DNA from: Phycisphaerales bacterium
GTDB taxonomy: Bacteria; Planctomycetota; Phycisphaerae; Phycisphaerales; SM1A02
Assembly (NCBI GenBank): GCA_009691915.1
Contig: SIAD01000002.1
Coordinates: 118,562 to 182,561 of the forward strand
Direction of reading: 5' to 3'
DNA length: 64,000 nt
The notes under the pieces were generated by a model, which searched no databases, was not told where the DNA came from, and saw nothing but the letters and a program-made list of their open reading frames with translations. Positions 1 to 8,187 of this stretch are shown one piece after another. The translations under genes and the position numbers were made by a program. The stretch's first letter is position 1. Every line of letters begins with the position of its first letter.

Positions 1-1479
1 AAGCCGCCGACGACTGTCACAATCGGACGCACACCTGAGTGCACGATTCATCTGGTGCAACGGCAGGTGTCACGGCTGCACGCGCAGATCCACTGGGCGC
101 CGGGTTCTGGGGGTGGGGACGGACACTGGCGTGTCCGTGACTGTGGCGCGACATTCGGCACACTGCTCAACGGAGTGAAGCTCGCTCCGCAGAGCGAGGT
201 CCGCCTCGATCACGGCGACATCATCGAGATCAAGCCCTGGCAGTTCCGTGTGGAGGGTCCCCTCACTGAGCGCACGGTGGCCGAAGGGGCGCAGACACTC
301 GTAGCCGGTCCAGACCAGGACGGCGAGTTTGAGGCACTCTCCGCGGTTCAGTCGCCGGCAGAACTGGCTCAGGGACTTCTGGTTCAGCTGCTCGTTGCGA
401 GTGAAGAGATCGCCCAGGCCCCCGACGAGGTGGCGGCCGGACAGCGCGCGGTCGAGTCGCTCGCCAGTGCTACCGGGTTTGCGAATGTCGCGTTCCTCAA
501 GGCAGGCGCGGATTCCAACTCCATCGAGGTGGTCGCCCACACGGGGGCGATTTCCGACGCCTCTGGCGCAACGCATGTGAGCAACAGCCTCCTTCGCCGT
601 GCACGCAACGGCATTTATGTCCATCGGGCAGGTCCGGCCGCGGGCGGGACGCTGGCGGCGAGCCTCGAGTCGCTCTCTATTCGGCAGGCGATTTGCGTCC
701 CGGTCGAGACCGGCACCATCTTCCACGGGTGGCTCTACCTCGACAATCGAACAGGTTCGGGCGAAGTCTCGCATGAACTCGAGGCAGCCGGATTTGCTTC
801 CGCGGTGGCGCGCCTCACTGGGCTCTCGCTGTCGAACATTGCACGCGGGAAGATGCAGCAGCGATTCGACCTCGAACAACAGGAGATGTTCGGGGGCACC
901 ATGCGCGCGCTCATTGCCGCGATCGATGCCAAGGATCCGTACACACGCGGTCACTCAGACCGAGTCGCCGAGTTTGCGGCGCTTCTGGCCGAGGAGGCCA
1001 AGCTCGCTCCGCAGTTTGTCGAGCGCGTCCGTGTGTGCGGGCTCGTGCATGACATCGGAAAGATCGGCGTTCCCGAAGAGATACTGCGCAAACCCAGCCG
1101 ACTTGAACCCCACGAGTTTGACCGGATCCGGGAACACCCGGGGACAGGCGCGAACATCCTGAAGGACATCCCCCAGATGCGCGATGTCCTGCCCGGTGTG
1201 CTAGAGCACCACGAGCGATGGGACGGCGGGGGATACCCGAACGGATTGAAGGGAGAGTCGATCTCGCTGCTTGGACGACTTCTGTGCGTTGCCGACTGCT
1301 TCGACGCGATGACGAGCGCGCGCTTCTACCGCCCGGCGCGGTCGATCGACGAGGTCCGCGAGGAAATCCGCAAGTGCCTTGGGACACACTTTGATCCCGC
1401 GCTCGGACAGTCATTCCTTGCGATAAAGGAGTCGGAGTTAGCTGCGCGGATCAGCACGCAGCTGCCGCCGCCGCGCTGA
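1..1479 (+). CDS. FHA-GAF-HD-GYP signalling protein (probable c-di-GMP phosphodiesterase), 5' end outside window
   Basis: The frame is open from base 1 (KPPTTVTIGRTPECTIHLVQRQVSRLHAQIHW is an FHA core), so the gene starts upstream of the window. It has a central GAF-like region. HD-GYP motifs are HDIGKIGVPEEIL and HHERWDGGGYPNGL. Confidence 0.85.
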   Translation, partial: KPPTTVTIGRTPECTIHLVQRQVSRLHAQIHWAPGSGGGDGHWRVRDCGATFGTLLNGVKLAPQSEVRLDHGDIIEIKPWQFRVEGPLTERTVAEGAQTLVAGPDQDGEFEALSAVQSPAELAQGLLVQLLVASEEIAQAPDEVAAGQRAVESLASATGFANVAFLKAGADSNSIEVVAHTGAISDASGATHVSNSLLRRARNGIYVHRAGPAAGGTLAASLESLSIRQAICVPVETGTIFHGWLYLDNRTGSGEVSHELEAAGFASAVARLTGLSLSNIARGKMQQRFDLEQQEMFGGTMRALIAAIDAKDPYTRGHSDRVAEFAALLAEEAKLAPQFVERVRVCGLVHDIGKIGVPEEILRKPSRLEPHEFDRIREHPGTGANILKDIPQMRDVLPGVLEHHERWDGGGYPNGLKGESISLLGRLLCVADCFDAMTSARFYRPARSIDEVREEIRKCLGTHFDPALGQSFLAIKESELAARISTQLPPPR

Positions 1480-1490
1480 CGCCAGGGGCA

Positions 1491-2291
1491 CTACTTGCGT
1501 CCGAAGTCCGCGGGATTTTCCCCTCGGAGCGTCACGCTCCACCGGGAGAGCATTCGCGTAAAGCGGCCTCGGTCGGCTTTCGCGAGCCACGCGAGTGCCT
1601 CGGCGACCGCGTTGGCAAACGCAGGGTCGCACTGAGTGTTGATGTCGATGGTTGTCTTGATGATCCCCTTAGTGAACCAGCTGATCGCGGTCTGGGAGTC
1701 GCTCCAGAGCGATGTGCACGCGATCTCCTGGCGCTCGATCCGGCGGCATGCGTCCACGATTGCGAGAAACTCCCCGAGATTATTGTGACCGCGCTCGTAC
1801 CGCGGGCTGTGGAAGACTTCACGCCAGGTTCCAGGTTCGAAACGGAGCATGCCGCGCCACTCCGTCGGACCGATCAGGCGCCGCCCGAACTTCGAGCAGT
1901 CGACGACAAGTTCGCCGACGCAGCCGGCGCTCCGCGATGTTGCTGGCGGAGCTCTCTCACGCGATCGTGTCTGCGCGACGACGCGGTTGTGCGCCCCAGC
2001 GGGGTGGTTCGCCGCGGCCGGAATGTTCGCGACGGCATGGCCGTACTGGGTGAGCACCGTCGCGATCGCCTTCGCGGATGGCCCCTGCGGGACGATCGAA
2101 ACCCGCCCCTTTGAGCTCAAGTGGATCTGGAGCTTGCCGTCCTGCTCAGCGCCCTCAATGGTCGCGTCCAATCTCCCCCATGCCCCTTCATCAGTGACAC
2201 CGACATGAGCCACGAGAAACCCGGCCTTCGAAAGCGGCCCTTCCAACTGCCTCAGCAGATCGCGGAGTTCCTGCGAAACGCGCCCGGTCAC
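1491..2291 (-). CDS. RNase H-like domain protein with an unassigned N-terminal domain
   Basis: The C-terminal ~140 aa look like an RNase H fold (LVVDCS, GEFLAIVDA, WSDSQTAISW). Start set at GTG 2291, which forms a GTGA overlap with the upstream stop, rather than the table start at 2336. Confidence 0.6.
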   Translation of the reverse strand: MTGRVSQELRDLLRQLEGPLSKAGFLVAHVGVTDEGAWGRLDATIEGAEQDGKLQIHLSSKGRVSIVPQGPSAKAIATVLTQYGHAVANIPAAANHPAGAHNRVVAQTRSRERAPPATSRSAGCVGELVVDCSKFGRRLIGPTEWRGMLRFEPGTWREVFHSPRYERGHNNLGEFLAIVDACRRIERQEIACTSLWSDSQTAISWFTKGIIKTTIDINTQCDPAFANAVAEALAWLAKADRGRFTRMLSRWSVTLRGENPADFGRK

Positions 2292-3343
2292 GCGGCGGGA
2301 TCCCGAGGGGGTGGCCCGAGCAACACCGAGAGCCAACGAAGGTCATTGGTGTGGTCAAGCAGGATTTTCGCGAGCATGGTGAGCGGCACCGCGAGGAGCA
2401 TTCCGACGGGACCGAGCAAGAATCCCCAAAAGACCAGCGAGAGAAAGACGACGAGCGTCGAGAGGCCGAGGCGCTGGCCCATCCACCTGGGCTCGATGAG
2501 GCTCCCGATGATGACATTGATCGCGGTGTAGATGGCCGCGGTGACGATCGCGGCCGAGGTTCCGTGGAGCATCAATGCCAGAAGGATTGCCGGAACTCCC
2601 GCAAGCACCGCGCCGAACACCGGCACGAAATTCAGCAGGAATGCAAGCAGGCCGAGGGCGAGCGGGAAGGGAATCCCCAGCATCCAGAGCGCGGCTGCGA
2701 CCAGAGCAGCCGTGATGAAGCTCGTCTTCGTCTTGACGACCAGATACGCCGTCATGTCGTCGAGGACGCGGCTCCACGGTCCCATCGCGCGCTCCTCGAG
2801 ATTGAAGGCGGCGCGCAGCTTCGCCGGCATCCCGGCGGCTTCGGCAAGCAGGAACGCGGTCGTCAGAAAGACAAAGACGCTGTCACGGAGGATGCCGACG
2901 AGCGCGCCGAGTGTCGATCCGAGGAACCCCATGATCTGCGCGGGATTAGCGATGTTGGAGAGTGTTGTGCTGGCGCTCTCGACCCCATGGGCCTTGAGCC
3001 ACACATCAATGGCCTGAAATCTCGACTCAAGTGTTGCGGTGTAGGTAGGAAGGTCGGCGGTGAACTTGGCGACCGCTCCGGCAGCGATTACTGCGGCGAG
3101 AAGGAGACCGAGCAGGACCGCGACCAGAACGATCGTGCCCGCGAGCCAGAGCGGGGCACCGCGGCGCTGGAGTACGACGATCGGCGGGAGTGCGACAGTG
3201 GCAATGAAGATCGCGGCCAGCACCGGCACGACGATTGACGCGGCCGCCTGTACACCCGCACAGACGACGACAAACGCCGCCAGAGTCAACAGCACGCTTC
3301 CGCCCTGGCGAGTCCCTGAGTCTGACGAAGCCAGAGGAGTCAA
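2288..3343 (-). CDS. AI-2E (PerM/UPF0118) family transporter
   Basis: Polytopic membrane protein of 351 aa with the typical FLLNFVPVFGAVLAG segment. The start is TTG at 3343, overlapping the upstream stop (TTGA). Confidence 0.8.
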   Translation of the reverse strand: MTPLASSDSGTRQGGSVLLTLAAFVVVCAGVQAAASIVVPVLAAIFIATVALPPIVVLQRRGAPLWLAGTIVLVAVLLGLLLAAVIAAGAVAKFTADLPTYTATLESRFQAIDVWLKAHGVESASTTLSNIANPAQIMGFLGSTLGALVGILRDSVFVFLTTAFLLAEAAGMPAKLRAAFNLEERAMGPWSRVLDDMTAYLVVKTKTSFITAALVAAALWMLGIPFPLALGLLAFLLNFVPVFGAVLAGVPAILLALMLHGTSAAIVTAAIYTAINVIIGSLIEPRWMGQRLGLSTLVVFLSLVFWGFLLGPVGMLLAVPLTMLAKILLDHTNDLRWLSVLLGPPPRDPAA

Positions 3344-4035
3344 CGAATCTCCTTGATCCTGACACTTCGGTAGGCCACCTTGTCACCGTGTCCGAGGAAT
3401 CCGATGTGGCCCGAATGGCGTCGCAACCCAGGGTGGTCCCGGCCGTCAATCGTCCCACCTGCGGCCGCCTCGCTGACATCAGCGTCAATGATCACCGTCC
3501 CGTTGAGTACCACTTGAATCCTCGACCCCTTCGCGATCACGGTCTGCGTGTTCCACTCTCCGGCTGGCTTGAGTGCCCCGCGCTTCGATGGGATGACGCC
3601 ATAGATCGACCCGTGGCATTGCCACGGCTTCACCGACCGGTACTGCTCGGCGGAGTCATCGAGGACCTGAAGTTCCATGCCTACATAAGCGGGGTCGCCG
3701 TCGCATGGCGTGCGGATTCCGATCCCGTTGTTTGCTCCGGGCGAGAGTTGGAACTCGAGCCGCAACTCAAAGTCCCCGTAGACTTCCTGGGTCAGGAGAT
3801 TGCCGCCTTTGGGGCCGCAGACAATCGCACCATCCTCGACGGAATACCCCGCGGTGTCACCGACCCAACCAGCGAGAGAGACACCATCAAAGAGCGGCTT
3901 GAATCCAGCTTCAATCGCCGGTGACGCGGGTCCGGGCGCGATCTGTGGCACCGAGGGTTCCTTGGGGTCACCAGGTGGGATCTTCTCGCCCTGAGGCGCC
4001 AACCACAGAAGCACCGCTGCAAGTGCGACCAGCAT
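3340..4035 (-). CDS. DUF1080 (3-keto-disaccharide hydrolase-like) secreted protein
   Basis: Motifs FKPLFDGVSLAGW, GDFELRLEFQ and a C-terminal YRSVRIKEI. Start moved to Met75 of the table ORF (MLVALAAVLLWLAP signal peptide), so it no longer overlaps the divergent gene at 4093. Confidence 0.8.
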   Translation of the reverse strand: MLVALAAVLLWLAPQGEKIPPGDPKEPSVPQIAPGPASPAIEAGFKPLFDGVSLAGWVGDTAGYSVEDGAIVCGPKGGNLLTQEVYGDFELRLEFQLSPGANNGIGIRTPCDGDPAYVGMELQVLDDSAEQYRSVKPWQCHGSIYGVIPSKRGALKPAGEWNTQTVIAKGSRIQVVLNGTVIIDADVSEAAAGGTIDGRDHPGLRRHSGHIGFLGHGDKVAYRSVRIKEIR

Positions 4036-4092
4036 CTTGGCAGGATACGCGAGTGTGGCGATTCTCTCGAATGCCGTGGATATGCTCGGCTG

Positions 4093-5337
4093 ATGATCCA
4101 GACGCCACGTTCTTCTTGCCTTGCCGCAGCAGTTGCAGCGGCCGCGCTCGGCGTGACCGCCCTCGGAGACGACGTAGTCAAGCAAGCACCCGTCGCCACG
4201 AGCGAGACGGCCGCCGCATCGATTCCTGATGTGCGGATGGACCGCGTCTGGCCTCAAGTCTCGCTGCGCCGCCCGGTGCAGCTTGTGGCGCGCCCTGACC
4301 GCAGTGACCGCCTCTATGTCGTTGAGCAGGCGGGCCGCGTCATCGAGATCGACTCATCAGATCCCACGGCAACGGGCCGCGTAGTGCTCGACATCAAGGG
4401 GCCGGTCCAGGACAAGTTCAACGAGCAGGGACTGCTCTCGCTCGTGTTCCACCCGAAATTCAAGGAGAACAGGTTTGTGTATGTCTGGTACACGACGAGC
4501 AATCCGGATCGCAATACTCTGGGAAGACTCCAGGCGAAGGAGGGCGCTGAGGACGGAATCATCGACCCGGAATCGCTGACGGTTCTCCTCGAGATTGCCG
4601 ATCCGGCCTGGAACCACAATGGCGGCACACTGCTCTTTGGGTCCGACGGACTGCTCTATCTCTCGACTGGTGACGGAGGAGCTGGGAATGACCCGTGGGG
4701 AAATGGGCAGAATCTAGAGTCTCTGCTCGCGTCCGTCCTGCGCATCGACATCGACCATCCGGGGGATGGCAAACTCTATGGAATCCCTGCGGACAACCCC
4801 TTTGTCGGCCGCCCAGATGCACGAGGGGAAAAGTACGCGACTGGACTGCGAAATGTCTGGCGAATGTCGTTTGACCGAAAGACAGGCGAACTCTACGGCG
4901 GGGATGTCGGGCAGAACGCCTTCGAGGAGATCGACATCATCGTGAAGGGGGGCAATTATGGATGGCGGCCGCGCGAAGGGCTTCAGGCCACCCCAGGCGT
5001 CCCGGATGCGAGCCAGTCGAGCGATGGGTTCGTTGATCCGATCGTTGTGTATCCCCGAAGCGACGGCGTCTCCGTGACCGGCGGATTCGTCTATCGAGGC
5101 ACGGAATACCAGTCGCTACAGGGGGTCTACCTCTATGCCGACTACGAGCAAGGAACCATGTGGGGGCTTCGTGCCGAAGGCGGCAAGTTGACCCTCGGAC
5201 CCAAGGTGGTCGGGGGGAAACGGCGCTTCCACCTTGCCAGTTTCGGCGAAGCCAACGACGGCACCTTGTTCGTGTGCGGAACCGAGTCCAGTGCCGACGG
5301 TCCAGGGTCGATCTACCGGCTCTCTCCGGCCAGATAG
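4093..5337 (+). CDS. PQQ-dependent sugar (glucose/sorbosone) dehydrogenase, secreted
   Basis: Signal peptide; motifs NHNGGTLLFGSDGLLYLSTGDGG, GLRNVWRMSFD, NYGWRPREG. Confidence 0.85.
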   Translation: MIQTPRSSCLAAAVAAAALGVTALGDDVVKQAPVATSETAAASIPDVRMDRVWPQVSLRRPVQLVARPDRSDRLYVVEQAGRVIEIDSSDPTATGRVVLDIKGPVQDKFNEQGLLSLVFHPKFKENRFVYVWYTTSNPDRNTLGRLQAKEGAEDGIIDPESLTVLLEIADPAWNHNGGTLLFGSDGLLYLSTGDGGAGNDPWGNGQNLESLLASVLRIDIDHPGDGKLYGIPADNPFVGRPDARGEKYATGLRNVWRMSFDRKTGELYGGDVGQNAFEEIDIIVKGGNYGWRPREGLQATPGVPDASQSSDGFVDPIVVYPRSDGVSVTGGFVYRGTEYQSLQGVYLYADYEQGTMWGLRAEGGKLTLGPKVVGGKRRFHLASFGEANDGTLFVCGTESSADGPGSIYRLSPAR

Positions 5338-5495
5338 AGCAGAAATTCGCCCTTTCGCTGACACATTCTGTCCCAGCATGGGGGTAAATCGGCAACAATG
5401 GTTGTAGCTGTTCGTTGACGAACAGTCGATTGGTGCCTGTTGAATGGCCAGTCGATAGTCGGGCATCAATCCAACCACGAAAGCGGTCCTCCCCA

Positions 5496-7346
5496 ATGCT
5501 GCACACTCGCTCCGCCATTTCAGCACTCGCTCTCGCATCTTCAATCGGCGTGGCCGATGCCTTCGCGCGCCAGGGGGCGACAGCTCCTGCGCAAGGTGCT
5601 GGTCAGAAGCAATCCGAGCAGGGTGGTCAGGGTGGTCAGGGTGGTCAGGGTGGTCAGGGTGGTGGCGGGCAACGGAGTGCGCAGGGGCTCTTCTCTGGTG
5701 GCATGAGCGTCAGTGGTGGCGGTGGTGGACAGCGAGGGATGGGTGGGCGCGGGGGAATGATGGGGGCGTTCTCGCAGCTCCAGAACCGATACAAGCCGGA
5801 GTTCCTGCGACGGGACATTCCGCTCTACAAGGAACAGCTTAGTTTCGACGATGCGCAGATGACCGTCGTTGAGGCGCTTGTCAACGACTATGACCTCTCC
5901 TTCAGTCCGCTGGCGGAGGAGTCTCAGGACGCGGTTCGCGAGTCAGGCACGCGTCTGTTCCAGAGCTTTGTCGGTGGAGACATGCGCGAGACGATGCGCT
6001 CGGTTCGGGAGACGATGCAACAGGATCTTGAGCAGATGGAAGTCGAGAACGGCGGCCCCCTGAGCGACGAGGCGAGACGCAAGTTCATGTCTGAGCGCAT
6101 GGCGAAGATCGGAGAGGACGCTATGGCAGCACGCAAGGCGGCGGGCGCGGATGTGGAGACAAGGGCGGTCATGCAGGAGATCTTCGACGAGGTCACCCGC
6201 TGGGACACCAAGCGCGGTGAACTGAAGAAAGTCGTGACCGACGGCCTGGAAGGCTCCCTGACCCCGGAACAGAAGGCAAAGTGGCCCGCATTTCAGAGGT
6301 TTATGCGACGGGAGAAGGGGATGGACAGCGCCGTCCTCTCCGGCGAGGGCACCAACCTGTTCGTCGTGATGGACGAGGCTGGGCTCTCACAGTCTTCGAT
6401 CGATGGTTCGACGAAGGTCCTCGACGACTACGAGATCGCGCTCGACAACGCGCTGGTGGCGCGTGACGACTACATCTCCCAGAGCGAACCAAGGATCATG
6501 AAAGCGGTGATCGGCGGCGACACCGCTGCTGCAAAGACGATCGTGGAGAGGCAGATCACGCTGCGCAGGGGAGTGCGCGACGCAAATGACCACTACCGCA
6601 TCACGCTCCTGGGAGTCCTGCCAGCCGACGATGGTGCGAAGTTCAACAAGGCGGCAATGGCCTCCGCCTTCCGCCGCGTGTACCGGGAGACGCGAGCGAG
6701 CGAAGCGTTTGTGAAGGCGCTCGAATTGGCCGACCTGACACCCGAGGCGCGTGCTGCGGTTGCGTCGCTACAGCAGTTGTACTCGGCGGAACTGAGCAAC
6801 ATCAATGATCGCATTGTGAACCTCACCCGCAAGGAGGAGCCACAGCAGCGAATCGAAGAGTCGCTGCGGATTCTTGCGGTGCTCGATGGCACAAGTTCAC
6901 CGTTGGTCATGTTCGGACGGGGGATGACGGGTGCTGGTGCCGGTGGTGGCGGCGCCGCTGATCCCGTGGGTGACCTGATGGATCAGCGTGGCGAGATGGG
7001 CACGAAGTATCTCGAGCAGCTTCATGGGCTCCTGACACCCGAGCAGCAGGTTCAGCTTCCCAAGGGGCGAGATGGCGGGAGAAACTTCGGTAGTTTCGGC
7101 ACCGGCAAGATCTCCGAGCTGCCAGAGCAGTTCCAGGATGCCGCCAAGACGGCTGACAAGAACAAGGATGGGACGATCGACGAGCAGGAGCGCACGACGC
7201 TCTTTGAGTCAATGCGCCAGCAGGGCGGTGGATTCGGCGGCCAGGGTGGTCAGGGTGGTCAGGGTGGTCAGGGTGGTCAGGGCCGTCAGGGTGGTCAGGG
7301 CCGTCAGGGCGGAGGCCGCCCGTCACAGGGCCAGTCGGGCAACTAA
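5496..7346 (+). CDS. Secreted LTXXQ-motif (Spy/CpxP-like) protein with an EF-hand-like loop and GGQ low-complexity termini
   Basis: Start set at MLHTRSAISALALASSIGVADA (signal peptide). Contains LTPEQKAKW, LTPEARAAV and LTPEQQVQL motifs and DKNKDGTIDEQE. (GGQ)n tracts lie at both ends. Confidence 0.6.
   Translation: MLHTRSAISALALASSIGVADAFARQGATAPAQGAGQKQSEQGGQGGQGGQGGQGGGGQRSAQGLFSGGMSVSGGGGGQRGMGGRGGMMGAFSQLQNRYKPEFLRRDIPLYKEQLSFDDAQMTVVEALVNDYDLSFSPLAEESQDAVRESGTRLFQSFVGGDMRETMRSVRETMQQDLEQMEVENGGPLSDEARRKFMSERMAKIGEDAMAARKAAGADVETRAVMQEIFDEVTRWDTKRGELKKVVTDGLEGSLTPEQKAKWPAFQRFMRREKGMDSAVLSGEGTNLFVVMDEAGLSQSSIDGSTKVLDDYEIALDNALVARDDYISQSEPRIMKAVIGGDTAAAKTIVERQITLRRGVRDANDHYRITLLGVLPADDGAKFNKAAMASAFRRVYRETRASEAFVKALELADLTPEARAAVASLQQLYSAELSNINDRIVNLTRKEEPQQRIEESLRILAVLDGTSSPLVMFGRGMTGAGAGGGGAADPVGDLMDQRGEMGTKYLEQLHGLLTPEQQVQLPKGRDGGRNFGSFGTGKISELPEQFQDAAKTADKNKDGTIDEQERTTLFESMRQQGGGFGGQGGQGGQGGQGGQGRQGGQGRQGGGRPSQGQSGN
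5622..5657 (+). repeat. 4 x 9-bp tandem repeat ggtggtcag (encodes GGQ)
   Basis: Read directly from the sequence; lies inside CDS 5496..7346. Confidence 0.9.
7245..7307 (+). repeat. 7 x 9-bp tandem repeat ggtggtcag/ggccgtcag (encodes GGQ/GRQ)
   Basis: Read directly from the sequence. It is the same unit as at 5622..5657, in direct orientation in the same CDS. Confidence 0.9.
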
Positions 7347-7353
7347 CCGCCGA

Positions 7354-8187
7354 TCATCGAGGACTGGTGACGGCACTCCCGACCAGCTGATTCATCTGAT
7401 TCATCTGATTCATCGGTGCTTTCACCGTGCAACGCGCGGGCACACTTTCCTGCACTAGGACGCCGGCGCTGATGACCGCACCCTTCCCGATCACTGTCTT
7501 CCCACCCAGAATGGTGGCATTGGCGTAGACCGTCACGAGATCCCGTAGTGTCGGATGGCGTTTCGTACCGCGCTTGATCGAGCCGTCTTTGTGGCGGTCG
7601 AATCGCTTCGCGCCCAGCGTCACCCCCTGATAGATCGTGCAGTCGCGGCCGATGATCGAAGTCTCACCGATCACGACGCTCGTCCCGTGATCGATGAAGA
7701 ATCCCGGGCCGATTCGTGCGCCGGGGTGAATATCGATGCCGGTTGAGTCGTGCACCGACTCTGCGAGCATGCGCGGAATCAGAGGCACGAGAGCGAGGTG
7801 GAGGGCATGCGCGACCCGGTGGACCGAGAGTGCCCTCAGTCCGGGGTAGCAGAGCATGATCTCGAGCCGTCCGGTTGCCGCTGGGTCGCGCTCGTAGGCG
7901 GCGTCAAGGTCGCGCCTGAGGATCCGTCGCAGAGCGGGTAGTGCGCGGGCGAGCGATGCGAGGGCCCTGCGGGTGCGCCGCTCGGCCTCGGCGCGCGACT
8001 TCGTGTGAATGGCGAACGCCGAGACGATTTCGGGAGAGAGCAGTTCGAGCGTGTCATCGAGTTCCCGCTGCCGGCCCGCACGGCCCCAAGCACCCGTGGC
8101 GAACAGACCCCGGTGGAGCCGGTGCGCGACCCAGGCGACGGCATCAGGATTCGGCGGCGTTCTCATCTCCGCATCGTAGAGGGTCAC
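7354..8187 (-). CDS. cysE: Serine O-acetyltransferase
   Basis: Hexapeptide-repeat core IDIHPGARIGPGFFIDHGTSVVIGETSIIGRDCTIYQGVTLG plus an N-terminal SATase helical region. The GTG start at 8187 overlaps the SWIM gene stop (GTGA); ATG 8166 is an alternative start. Confidence 0.85.
   Translation of the reverse strand: MTLYDAEMRTPPNPDAVAWVAHRLHRGLFATGAWGRAGRQRELDDTLELLSPEIVSAFAIHTKSRAEAERRTRRALASLARALPALRRILRRDLDAAYERDPAATGRLEIMLCYPGLRALSVHRVAHALHLALVPLIPRMLAESVHDSTGIDIHPGARIGPGFFIDHGTSVVIGETSIIGRDCTIYQGVTLGAKRFDRHKDGSIKRGTKRHPTLRDLVTVYANATILGGKTVIGKGAVISAGVLVQESVPARCTVKAPMNQMNQMNQLVGSAVTSPR
7387..7413 (-). repeat. 3 x 9-bp tandem repeat (ctgattcat on + strand) encoding (MNQ)3 near the cysE C-terminus
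   Basis: Read directly from the sequence. Confidence 0.9.

Noticed and set aside
5408-5425. A perfect 7-bp inverted repeat ctgttcg-ttga-cgaacag in the 158-nt gap upstream of the GGQ/LTXXQ gene, considered as a possible operator or terminator.
   Set aside because: It is short, has no T-tract and has no second copy that I could find. It cannot be told apart from chance without comparative data.
5622-7307. Short tandem repeats as a possible CRISPR or other repeat array.
   Set aside because: The units are 9 bp, contiguous, have no spacers, are in frame and encode GGQ low-complexity peptide inside a CDS.
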